A stretch of DNA of 63,442 bases, the filler included, from Octopus bimaculoides (taxonomy: Eukaryota), in the NCBI RefSeq assembly GCF_001194135.2. It is 4 parts of 4 records of this genome, joined end to end, with 100 filler letters (N's around TTAATTAATTAA, not from the genome) between each part and the next. Parts side by side here need not be neighbours in the genome. Positions count along the whole stretch, not along the records: positions 1 to 23,048 come from NC_068994.1; 3 more parts are not named here. One strand, 5' to 3'. Under the pieces are notes generated by a model, which was not told where the DNA came from, did not search any database, and was given only the letters and a program-made list of their open reading frames with translations. Positions 1 through 10,989 of the stretch are shown here, piece after piece. The translations under genes were made by a program, and so were the position numbers. Within the stretch, counting starts at the first letter, position 1, and every line of letters begins with the position of its first letter.

Positions 1-177
1 AAAAAAAAAAAAAAAAAAAAGAGAAAAGAAACTGAATTAGATGAGATGGTCTAGGCAGGATTGCATTTGATCGTAGGTTATCTAGGGTTAACATCTCTTT
101 TCATGCTTGTGTTATTTCTATCTCAACTGAAACAAAACACATTTGCCAGTATTTCTGACTAACATGCATACGTGCAT

Positions 178-226
<49 letters not shown>

Positions 227-1379
227 CCCGCGTCAGTCACTAATCTTCAAACACGCACGTTTCTCTGTTTTGACATGTTTGTGATAGAACATACTAATCA
301 ATAATACTCATTCGTATCTAATGAATACAACTAATTACAGATACTGTTTCGTATTTTCAATTCTTTTGCATCATAAATTGAATGTTAGTGTTGTTTGAGT
401 ATATGTTTATTAAATATGATTTAGATTATATAGGTTTTTAGTATTTCTTAGGAAGTTAAAGTCTACAACAAAAAATATTCAGGTATCACCTATCAGTGGT
501 CTATTTATTAAGTATGAAAGTTGTTTTCATTTAACACTTGTTTATTTTTGTAAGTTTTCTCTTATTCTGGATCATTCGTAAAAAATTTATAGCATTTCTT
601 AAAGGTTTGCAGCAAGACTTAGGAATAGGTGCAAGCATGTTTGTGTAGTTAAGAAGTAGTCCCGGATTCGATTCTACTGCGGGACACTTTATTATCTAAT
701 GTTGACTAATACCTTGTGAGTGAAAGCCTGTCGTATATGCATGTATTATGTATATACGCTGTGTTTATAGTACAGAGATATGTGACAGGGTAACGCTGTA
801 GTAGGATGTTAAGTGGGGTTGCTATGCTAAGAGAAGTAAAGCTGAGCAAGGAGGAAAGAATGAACAGGTAGAAGGAGGAGGTGATACTTGTGGGAGGGGT
901 TTAGCGGTTTATCGATGGGGAAACCAAAGGCTAAGGGTGAAAGATGGTACAATAGAGCGATGAAGAGAAAACCATGGAGAACTGACAAAATGAAAAATTG
1001 AGAAATTGAAAAATAAAAACGAAAAGAGAAAAAAAAAAGAAAAAAATATTTAAAAAGTTATCTTAAAGGAAAAGAAAAAAATTAAAAACTTAGAAAATGA
1101 AATGAAACTGAGGTATTAGTATAAATGTATTTATATGAACAGTGCACAGTGAGGAGGTCTTTGGAAATGCTCATTTGAGAAAACCCAGAAAGTTTTTTTT
1201 TTTGTTGTTTTTTTTTTTCGAATTTTCAAAGTTCAAAGGTTTCAAAAGTTTAAAAGCTCTAGCGGTTTTTGATTGCTTGATTGATTGATTGAAAGATAGA
1301 TAGATACAGACGGATGGATGGATGGACGGACAGGCGGAAGAACAGACAAACAGACAGCTAGATAGATAGATGGGACCTA

Positions 1380-1885
1380 CTGTTGGTGTGTAGTCTGTGT
1401 GTAGCCTTGTTTCTAGCTCTATAGTTAGTGGGTTAAGTGAACGCTTTCGGATCTATAATCCTTCATCAAACTTTACACTTGACATGGTTATTACTACTGG
1501 TGCTGGTCAGAGGTTCTGGAAGCAGTAAATGAATTTCCAACCGAAAAGTTCGTTCCAGTGGTTGAGGCTGGGCGCCTTCTTCCTGATGAAATGTGCCTCC
1601 TTTATTCGGAGGATGACCGCATCTTTTCCCCTGGCCAGTATCCGGATGAAGAATTCTCCATCGCAGTGTTCATGGTGTTGGAATACGGCGCTGGATGATG
1701 TGGCCTTGTGAAGGTGTTCTTTCACTCTGACATGAAGTTGTCGTTTGGTCGATCCAATATATTTATCTCCGCAAATACAGGTCATTTCATATATTATATT
1801 CGTTTGAAAACATAACCTGACGTTGTCCGTGGGGTATCTTTTAATGTGTTTATATTTAGAAAGAAAAACCGGGGATGGATGTCTT
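1380..1885 (-). mobile_element. Penelope-like retroelement 3' fragment: GIY-YIG endonuclease C-terminus (stop at 1507) plus 3' tail with hammerhead
   Basis: ORF 1507..1962 reads NIIYEMTCICGDKYIGSTKRQLHVRVKEH...FQHHEHC...EAHFIRKKAPSLN, the PLE-type GIY-YIG pattern (IY..C.C...YIG.T.R.L..R..EH ... E..FI.K..P.LN). The first ~25 aa of the ORF come from an adjacent SINE tail (~1890-1970). Confidence 0.9.
1435..1473 (-). ncRNA. Minimal type I hammerhead ribozyme (U3 variant)
   Basis: Minus strand: aagt-TTGATGA-a-ggat-tatag-atcc-GAAA-gcgt-TC-actt. Stem I aagt/actt, stem II ggat/atcc, self-complementary AGCGTT stem III; ~35 nt downstream of the GIY-YIG stop. Confidence 0.7.
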
Positions 1886-1974
1886 TCACTTGTTTCAGTC
1901 TTTGGATTGCGGCCATGCTGAAGTACTGCCTTGAAGAGTTTAGTCAAACAAATCGACCCCAATACTTATTTAGG

Positions 1975-2940
1975 ATCTATTTCAAAACGGGGGCACCAGT
2001 TTTCATTTATGTTTTATGTAGTGTTTTTGGTACCGAAAGACTTTCAAACTTCGTATACTTATCTATTTTGTGTTATAGAACAGAAAAAAAATTTGTATTC
2101 GAATTTGTTTCATGTAAAAAATTGTCTTATTTCGATAATTTCTACTAATCACTGACGTCTATTCAGTTGAAAACAGTTAGCGCTGTAACGGTGTATATCG
2201 TATTAATCCCCTAACCCTAACCCTAACCCTAAAACTAACCCTAACTCTAGAATCCGAACTCTAAAATTGTTACACACATAGATACGCACAGCGTAATTTA
2301 TNNNNNNNNNNNNNNNNNNNNNNNNNNNNNNNNNNNNNNNNNNNNNNNNNNNNNNNNNNNNNNNNNNNNNNNNNNNNNNNNNNNNNNNNNNNNNNNNNNN
2401 NNNNNNNNNNNNNNNNNNNNNNNNNNNNNNNNNNNNNNNNNNNNNNNNNNNNNNNNNNNNNNNNNNNNNNNNNNNNNNNNNNNNNNNNNNNNNNNNNNNN
2501 NNNNNNNNNNNNNNNNNNNNNNNNNNNNNNNNNNNNNNNNNNNNNNNNNNNNNNNNNNNNNNNNNNNNNNNNNNNNNNNNNNNNNNNNNNNNNNNNNNNN
2601 NNNNNNNNNNNNNNNNNNNNNNNNNNNNNNNNNNNNNNNNNNNTATGGAGACAAACAAACCAAAAACTAGTTGTCGAGCTGTTATAGGAGGCAAACACAC
2701 GCCCCCAAACACATACACACACACACACACAAGCCAGGTTGCTTTCAATTTCCTTCTATTAAATCCACTCACTTTTAGGGTTAGGTTTGGGGTTTTAGGA
2801 TTAGGGTTAGAGTTACGGAAAAATGTGAAAAATGAAGAAATTGGAAGGGGTGGGGGGCAAAAATGTCTTTCCGAAAATAGTAGCTGAAAAGAACCCTAAC
2901 CTAACCCTAACTCTAAAACCGTATCTCTAACCCTCTACTT
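1975..2940. repeat. Interspersed repeat carrying telomere-like (CCCTAA)n/(TTAGGG)n arrays in both orientations; spans a gap and a SINE piece
   Basis: ccctaaccctaaccctaaccctaa at ~2208-2232, degenerate ttagggttag runs at ~2775-2812 and ccctaacctaaccctaactct at ~2894-2914. The arrays are short and degenerate. Confidence 0.5.
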
Positions 2941-2975
2941 CCCTGTCTCGTTTTCTCTAGAGACTTCATGATCTC

Positions 2976-3790
2976 CATGATGAAATACCCAGCATCCAGT
3001 GGACTATTGTTGACAGAGCACCACCATATTCACCCGGCGCCCCCAACTGCCAGCTCTGCCTCCGTGAAAACCTGCATATCCTCCAACAACCCACAGTATC
3101 CATCAACAAGAAATACAACTTATTGTCTTGCTGTCACCAGAGATATGCCCTTCTGACAAATTTCAGGCCTCTAACTGCCGACAACCTGGATATACCACCT
3201 TAACACTAGCTGCTACTTTGCACTGCCTGCACCAAGGTCACCACCACCAACCCCATGAACAGGACACCGTTTACCAATCTCCAACGTTTACCAATTTCCA
3301 ATGCTTACCAATCATCAACGTTTGTTTTACGCATGCACTGATATGCATGCATACATGCATGTGAATATACATATGTACATATGAATGAAGATGCATGTGT
3401 GTGTGTGTGCAGACATGTGCATGTGTGCCCATGCATAGATGTGCTCACTCCCATCAATATACACATGCACACAAAACTATATGAGAACATCTGCACACCC
3501 ACATATAGAACTATATACTTGCACATGCCACCCCTTCCTACTCACCGCCAACAACCTGACCGACATCTAGTCTGTTTCCTGTCCTCCACGCAGTCAATTT
3601 CCTGTTTGCCATGTGGTCTTTTCCAACTAACTGTTACCCATATGTCAACATCAAACCACTGTGTGACCTTCCTTGACCAATTGCAGCCCACGTTACAGTA
3701 ATAACAATCAACTTCTGTCATGCAAATCCAAAATGGCTGACGACTAGCACAACGTGCTTGAAACTCAAGAGTACCAATGAATTTGAATCA
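2976..3790 (+). mobile_element. Second Penelope-like 3' fragment (different family): GIY-YIG C-terminal tail 2976-3203 plus 3' UTR ending in a hammerhead
   Basis: A frame not in the ORF track (no ATG) reads HDEIPSIQWTIVDRAPPYSPGAPNCQLCLRENLHILQQPTVSINKKYNLLSCCHQRYALLTNFRP. This matches the W.I...A.PY...C.LCL.E...I...LNK...L.S.C.H pattern of PLE endonuclease C-termini. Confidence 0.85.
3733..3777 (+). ncRNA. Type I hammerhead ribozyme
   Basis: atgg-CTGACGA-ct-agcac-aac-gtgct-t-GAAA-ctc-aa-gag-TA-ccaa. Full core, 5-bp stem II, stem III ctc/gag, GUA cleavage triplet (cut after 3773), short stem I tgg/cca. Confidence 0.75.
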
Positions 3791-3801
3791 AACTGTTTTG
3801 A

Positions 3802-3869
<68 letters not shown>

Positions 3870-4189
3870 CGGTATATATATCTTTATATCCTTCAACAAT
3901 ATATATATTAGTGGGAAACTATAAACATTGATGAGAAGTATCAATAAACCAGTGCTTTCATACACAAATCCCTTGCGATGTTTGTTTCATCCAAATTACA
4001 TAGGCAATCACATATCACTCTCAGTATCACAATTGCAGTGACCTTATAATTGGTCAGTTAGAAGCTTATTCACACAATGATATAAAATGAATTTTAAAAA
4101 TTAATAAATGGTCAACAAATCACATTACAAACACAGATAAGGGCGTTCTTAAAAGAGTACAGGTCCCAGAACCTTTTTTTTTTGTTTAG

Positions 4190-5480
4190 TCCTAAGAAAA
4201 GGAGTAGCGCCTATGAGATATCAATACAGTTGTTCAGCTTGAATATAGCTGGTTGACATCTGCAGGAACAACTTAGACATTTTGAGAAGAAGGTTTTGGC
4301 AAAGCGGTTAATATAGGATTTGGAGGTATAAGTGAGACATTGTAGGGGTGATAAGAGGAAGAAATGCATGTAGGCTTGAGTAGAGGTGACATACATCTAT
4401 CTTGTTCAAATGAGCAGTAACCACAGTAGTACCAGTAAAGTATGTTGAATGAGGAGATAGCACATCTGCAGACCAGATATTCCAGTGTGTTGGTGAGTTG
4501 AATCTTAGACACTCAATTGGATGGCCTTCTTTTGAATAAGTCTAGGAATTACTACACAAGCAGCAGGAGAATTGCTCCAAATGTGGAAGCAGGACTCCAC
4601 TTTTGGATTTCCCTTGAGCTTTGAAGAGATTTAGTAAGTGATCAGAGCTGAAGTATTTTTTGGACTTGAAGAGAAAGTCTAGTGTTTGGGATGCAGTTTT
4701 TGTTAAAGTATGTGTGTGGAGATCATCAGAAAGATGTCAGGAATTTCTGTAATGGATATGTGAAGTGATTGTGTCTCTGTCTAGTTGAAGGAAACAAGAT
4801 TGCCATGTCCCCATTAGAGGCTATTTACAAGGTTTTTATGCATATTTTTAACAAAAGATATCTAGATTGTATGTCTGCAGAAGATTAAGGAGAAGAGAAG
4901 AGATATATCATGAGCGTTGTTAGAAGTGACAGCAGACAGGATATTAATGTACAGAAGGAAGAAGTAAGAAACATAACTGAATCATGGAGTAGCTAATGTG
5001 AGTCAGAAAGTGTCTTTTCAGTGCATGATGCAATGATGTGATTAAACGGGTAAATTTTAATCCAAGAAATGACAGAAAGGTGAACAGGGTCCATAAGTGA
5101 ACAGCTTAGCTGCAATCAAGTGCAATGACACTGCTTTCCATGAACTTCTTAACAACAAGGGACTGCTAGTAGGTGGAACAGAAGAGCAGGTTTTCAGTAA
5201 ATTTAGCTTTACAGAAGTTATATTGGTGGTCATTGAAGAAGAGAAAAATCAATAAGTGTGAAGGAAATAGTTGTCTCTATCACCTTTGAGATGCTGGAAG
5301 TAAGTTGATGAATGGAAAATATTGTGGCAAATTTCTAAAATTTCTAGCAGGGTTTTATGAAAAAAAAAAGTAAGATAAGGACAAGGGTTAATTTTCAGTA
5401 GATTGTGGATAATTGAAAAGACAGTGTTAGACATGGTGGCATTGTTAGTTTGAAGCAGCCCAAGTTTTTTAATAAGTCTG
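4190..5480 (-). mobile_element. Highly degenerate CR1-group LINE RT/C-terminal remnant
   Basis: Broken minus-strand frames: SSISKVIETTI, FNDHQYNFCKAKFTENLL, ESSVIALD, KTASQTLDFLFKSKKYFSSDHLLNLFKAQ, ESCFHIWSNS, LIQKKAIQL, SSFNILYWYYCGYCS, HPYNVSL. Many stops and frameshifts. Confidence 0.8.
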
Positions 5481-5749
5481 GCTAAGTTTCACATTATTTC
5501 AAGTTTTATAGGCATAGAATGTGTTCTCCTCATCTAATGAGGTGGACATATACAAAGCTTTAAGTGACATGAAACTGAATCAAACTGTTATCTAATGCAC
5601 ATAACCACAACCAGATGTGTTAAGTGCTACTTTTTCAATCATTTGTTCACTCATTCATTCACTCATATGTGTGTGTGTGTGTATGAATGTGTGTGTATAT
5701 GTGTGTGTATGGCCGCAGTCAAATGACTGAAACAAGTAAAAGAGTAAAA

Positions 5750-5792
<43 letters not shown>

Positions 5793-6134
5793 CATATCTA
5801 TGTTTATATATATCTATATATAGAGAGAGAGGTAGACAGAGAAAGATTATACACACACAAAAAGCTACCCACAAATAAGTCCTCACCTAACCCCCAGTCC
5901 TAAAATGGAGAAATGGGTGTTAAACACATGAGTGAAATACACACACACACACACACACATGATCTGAAGAAACCCATGTTTTGAGTAGATATTGAGGGGA
6001 TAATGTTGAGAAGATGTGATGTGAGTATATGAATATTGTTGTATACAATGACAGAATTGGAGTGTCTTGAGTGAAGCTAGTCATGTGTGACATATTCACT
6101 GATGTATGTACAATTATATATACTGATGACTGTG

Positions 6135-6510
6135 TGTCAAGAAATTTGCTTTCCAACCAAATGAATTCAGGTTAAGTCCCACAGTGTACCTTCTTGGGCA
6201 AATGTCTTCTATCAGTCTGAGCCAACCAAAGCCTTGTGGCGTGGACTTGGTAGATGGAAACTGAAAGAAGCTCACCATGTGTTTATATGTGTAATGTGGA
6301 GGTATATGTATGAGTTTTTGTCTCCTTGTCTTGTTTGGCATCATGTAATAGTTGCATGGGAGCATCATCATCTATAAGCTGTGTCTTTTGCTGTGAATCT
6401 TCTGTCAAAACATGTTTGGCCATGCGGAAATATTACATGGCTTGGAAACAGGTGAGGGCTGGTGACAGGAAGAGCATCCAACTTGAAAAAATCTGCTTCA
6501 ATAAATTCCA
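6135..6510 (+). mobile_element. SINE family A head/body with alternative 3' module
   Basis: Head/body (cttgggcaa..gtcttcta..ccaaccaaagccttgtg..gga.ttggtagatggaaactgaaagaagc) shared with 49890-50300; 3' part aaaacatgt..ggccat..ggaaacagg..agggctggtgacaggaagagcatcca shared with 8490-8850. Confidence 0.75.
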
Positions 6511-6639
6511 TGGTGGTGACAATGACAATGATGATAAAGTATTTGTGTAAGATTGAGAATTTGAGTGTGTTGTGTAAGCCTAGTATCATTTGTACTTAAC
6601 ATATTTGCTGTTTTTGTTTTTATATATATATATACATAC

Positions 6640-6736
<97 letters not shown>

Positions 6737-6752
6737 CACATATATACATATA

Positions 6753-7222
6753 CAGTAATCACTTGCCATATCGCAGTTCACCTATCACAAATTTTTCTGA
6801 CTAATTTATGTAAATTTATATCATGAACTCCTCAGTATATCACGTATTTCTGCAACCAATAGGTATTTATATTTTTCTAGATTTTAATTATTTCTGTGGT
6901 AAGATAAGCATTTTCATGCCTAAAAATTAATAAATAAAAATAAAGTACAGTACTGCACTGTATAACACATTAATTAGAATATATTAAAAGAAAATACGTA
7001 GTATACCATAGATAAGTAAACAAAGAACCACATATACTGTATGGAGAAAGAAACTCAGGAGGCAAGTGTGTGGTGTTGTTTTGCATTTATAATAAAATAA
7101 ATATATACAAATTATAAAAATGATTAAAAAAATTATACTGTACTGTTTCTACTTCTTCATGGACTTTCACCTATCACAGGGGGTTTCGAAACATAACACC
7201 CATGATAGTCGAGGGATTACTA
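6753..7222. mobile_element. pogo/Tigger-type MITE with TA target duplication
   Basis: TA|cagtaatcacttgccatatcgc ... tgatagtcgagggattacta|TA; same family as 31229-31463 (opposite orientation). Confidence 0.75.
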
Positions 7223-7337
7223 TATATATAAATACACACACACACATGAGTATATATAAGTATACATTTACATATGATGTTTATATATAACTGAGTAGAG
7301 TTAATACTGAATGTTGAGATGAATTTAAAGTGCTTTA

Positions 7338-7673
7338 AAGTAGTTGTATGCTGTCAACTTAATGTGACAGTCCCCTGAAGGGAATAATGCTACTGTTGGT
7401 TAGACCTAGGAAGCTGCACCACTTCCTGTGTCCTTATGTTTACAAGGGAGAGACAAGCATGCTACTCCAGACTGATGACGAGCAAAGACTCAGAAACATG
7501 TCTCTGGATGCAGACATAGCTGGGTGGAGGTGCTTGTCTCCCCCTTGTAAACATAAGGACACAGGAAATGTGTCAAGGCCGACAGGAAGCAGTACAGCTT
7601 CCTAGGTCTAACCAACAGTAGTATTATTCCCTTCAGGGGACTGTCACATTAAGTTGACAGCATGCAACTACTT
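7338..7673. repeat. 336-bp foldback element: arms 7338-7459 and 7531-7673, 71-nt loop containing a hammerhead
   Basis: Manual alignment gives 6 substitutions (all transitions) over 122 nt, plus a 21-nt segment (7562-7582) present only in the right arm between ttcctg direct repeats. Confidence 0.95.
7466..7508 (+). ncRNA. Minimal type I hammerhead ribozyme in the foldback loop
   Basis: tccaga-CTGATGA-c-gag-caaaga-ctc-a-GAAA-catg-TC-tctgga. Perfect 6-bp stem I, intact core, palindromic ACATGT stem III, GUC triplet (cut after 7502). Confidence 0.85.
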
Positions 7674-8191
7674 CATCGTAACACTACTGCATAAATCTCT
7701 CTGAGAGATTTAGAAATGTATTATTTTTAAAGTGCTTTGTTATCAAAAGTATTTTCAGCTTGTTTTTGTTGTTTTTTTTTGTGGATGTATATAGGTTTAA
7801 TTCCAAGTCAATCCATCAATCCCAACTGAAGTGACCTGCAATCAAATGCATTAGAAATGTGACCATCCCATCTTTTTAGCATTTTCCAAGACTGCATTAT
7901 CTAATGTGTCTTTTATTATGATAAGGTGTGATTTGAAAGAAATCTGGTTGCTATTTCTAACAGATTGAGTAACCATGAAAGGGTCCCTCATCTTATGTAT
8001 ACAAGCAAAAGGTGACAGATTCCAGGGGCATTTTAACCTTCTGAAAGAGATGAAATTACTTCAATGTGATTATTATGATTCAGCTGTAGAAACTCTGCCA
8101 AATCAGATTGGAGCCTGGTGTTGCCATCCTGTTTCACCAGTCCTCAGTCAAATCGTCCAACCCATGCTAGCATGGAAAGCCGACATTAAAC

Positions 8192-8223
<32 letters not shown>

Positions 8224-8489
8224 CTACATTCATATTATCATCTGAATGTTTATATTACATGCTAAAGCAGACAATTAGAGCTCAGTGCAGTCTTTTCATC
8301 TTTTCAGATTCTGTTGAAGTATCAAACCAACATTGAAGACAGACATTAACTGACGATGGAGATGATGATGACAACAATGATAATGATGATGATGTATACA
8401 CTCTAAGCTTTCTCTTATACAGAAGAGTAAAAGAAAGTAAAGAAAAATTTGCATAAAATGAATTCCACTGCAAATGCAAACATAGGCAC

Positions 8490-8850
8490 AGACATGGCTC
8501 TGTGGTTGAGAGCCTTGCTTGCCAACCATGTGGTTTTGAGTTCAATGCTATAGTATGATGCTTTAGGCAAGAGCCTTCTACTGTAGCCCAGGGCTAAGCA
8601 GAGCCTTGTGAGTAGATTTGATAGATGGAAATCGAAAGAAGCTTATCATGTATGTCTGTGTGTAATCGTGTCTTGACATCACCTGATGATTGTAAATGAG
8701 CAAAACTGTCACACAAACAATGTTATTTGTTTCCAGTCTTTTGTGAAAAACATGTCTAGTCATGAGAATTATTAATTTGTTTGAAAACAGGCAAGGGTTG
8801 GCAACAGGAAGGGTATCCAGCTGCAGAAAATCTGCTTCAATGAATTTCGT
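8490..8850 (+). mobile_element. SINE family A head/body with alternative 3' module (second copy)
   Basis: Collinear with 6135-6510. Confidence 0.75.
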
Positions 8851-8915
8851 CATATAAGTAAGGAAAAGTAGACATTAAATGATGATCATGGTGAATCTCA
8901 CTGTAAATATTAATA

Positions 8916-9130
8916 TTGGCTTCAAGTTTTGGCACAAGGCCAGCAAGTTTGGGGAAAGGGCTAAGTTGATTAAATCAACCCCAGTGTCCAACTGGTACTT
9001 ATTTTATTAACTCCAAAATGACAAAAAGCAAAGCTGACCTTGGTGGAATTTGAACTCAGAACATAAAGACAGGCGAAATTTTGCTAAGCATTTTGCCCAG
9101 CATGCTAACAATTCCTCCAGTTCGCTACCA
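8916..9130 (-). mobile_element. tRNA-derived SINE family B with 18-bp target site duplication
   Basis: Reverse copy of the gagctggcagaa..ttagca..ctgagttcaaattcc..aagtaccag..ggggt.gat family; TSD tcactgtaaatattaata at 8898-8915 and 9131-9148. Confidence 0.85.
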
Positions 9131-9161
9131 TCACTGTAAATATTAATAATACTATATATCT

Positions 9162-9300
9162 GAAGGTGGCAAGCTGACAGAATTCTTAGCAAGCCAGGCA
9201 AAATGTATTGTGGCATTTCATAGATCTTTATGTTCTGAGTTAAAATTCCACCAAAGTCAATTTGCCTTTCATCCTTTCGGGGTCAATAAAATTAGTACCA
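9162..9300 (+). mobile_element. SINE family B, 3'-truncated, head-to-head with 8916-9130
   Basis: ggtggcaagctgacagaattcttagc...gttctgagttaaaattccacc...cctttcggggtcaataaaattagtacca. Confidence 0.75.
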
Positions 9301-10109
9301 CTTGTTCATATGTTTGGAAAACATCATTAAAAATATCAGAATGATATTTTTGAACATATGTCAATGCTTGTCATTGGGACATTGATTTTTCTATTTTAAT
9401 AGTAAATAATTCAAGAAAATCTGTTATCAAAAATCCAGTCTTTTACATTATTTTTTTTAAAAGATGCTTCTTTTTAAGATTGGTTTTTATGGTACAGGGA
9501 AAATTGATTTCTGTAGTATATCACATCTGTGTATTTGAGACGTTCATTTTAGAACTGAACTATGCAGGTTTCAGTTTGATCCCACTTTGCAGCATCTTGC
9601 ACAAATGTGTTCTACCATACTCACAGGTTGAGTAAAGACTTTCGAGTACAACTTGTCAAAACAACCATTTTTTGTTTATGGGTTTTGTGATTTAATCCAT
9701 CACCCAGTTTAACAGCTGGCCCCCTAGAATGCCTTAGCAGATTCTACTTAGCATTTGTGTCAGGCCACTAGCCTGAGAATATCTTCCTACTACCAGTCAC
9801 AGAGGCCAAAAAAGCATCATTGATATTACCCTCTATTCTCCAAGTCAGCTGCATAAAAAAAAACAAGAAAGAAAAATCATGTTTTCATTCTTACTGTTAG
9901 CATAAGAGTGACTCAAGGGTAATTGCTAGAAAGTGGTATAATACTAGTTTCATGTCTAGAAAACTATTAAGGGCATTAAGGTTGTATTTTTCAGTGAATA
10001 CATTTGTTAATGAAGTAATTAGGTTAAAGGTAATTAACTAGAGCCTGATTTATGTGAGGAATATATATCTAGTTAGAAAATCAGGAAAGGAACATATCTT
10101 TGATCTTTT

Positions 10110-10490
10110 GCTTGTTTCAGTCATTAGACTGCAGCCATGCTGGGGCACCACCTTGAAGGGTTTAGTTGAACAAATCAACTCTAGTGCTTATTTTTAAGCC
10201 TGGTACTTACTTTACTGGTCTCTCCTGCCAAACTGCTAAAATACAGGAATGTAAATAAACCAACACCAACTATCAAGTGGTAGGAGAACAGACACAAAGA
10301 TGCACACAGACACACACACATGCACAATAAGCTTCCACAGTTTCTGTTTACTAAATTCACTCATAAGGGCATTGGTCAGCCTGAGGCTAAAGAAAACACT
10401 TGTCCAAGGTTCTGTGCTGTTGGAACTGAACCCAAAACCATGTGGTTTCAAAGTGAGTTTCTTATCCACACACCCATCCCATGCCTATTG
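10110..10490 (-). mobile_element. SINE family A, degenerate near-full copy
   Basis: Reverse complement of the tail (tgtttcagtcattagactgcagccatgctgg) through the head (gaacccaaaaccatgtggtt...cacacacccatcccatgcc). Confidence 0.8.
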
Positions 10491-10989
10491 AAATATGTGT
10501 TTTTTCTTTTAATAGTCAAGTCAGAGGAAAAAAAGGCAATGACCAATGACCTGTGCTCTCCTTTCCAGGGCCTCTCTTATGGGTGGAAGGAAGGAGTGAA
10601 ATTAACCTCAGATCAGAAATGTGTGCAAATATATACAACAGAGTGGACAGCACTAAGTTCACTCTTTCACAAAGGAATGGAGTTAAAAATCAAACAACAG
10701 ATTAAGTCATCCAGGACACAAATGGAACTTCCAACAGACTTCCACAGTTTCCATATCCCAAATTTCACTCAAAAGGTCTTGGTCAACCATAAGCTGTGGT
10801 ACAAACTACTTTCTCATAGGGATATGCAATGATATTGTACATGAAACCAAAGGGTTGCAAAACAAGCTTCTCAACAACTCAGTAATATCTATAACCATAC
10901 CTTAACAACCCAGCTATGTCAATAACTATATCTTAACTACCCAGCCTGATAAGGGTGTTAAATCACATAACTAAATAAAACCTTACTGC

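Noticed and set aside
780-830. Motif cctacta(a)cagcgttacc.tgtc shared (inverted) with ~49090-49113
   Set aside because: Probably two old fragments of one repeat family; too short to classify.
2208-2240. True telomere or chromosome-fusion scar
   Set aside because: Only about four perfect units, degenerate and embedded in repeat-like sequence far from any sequence end.
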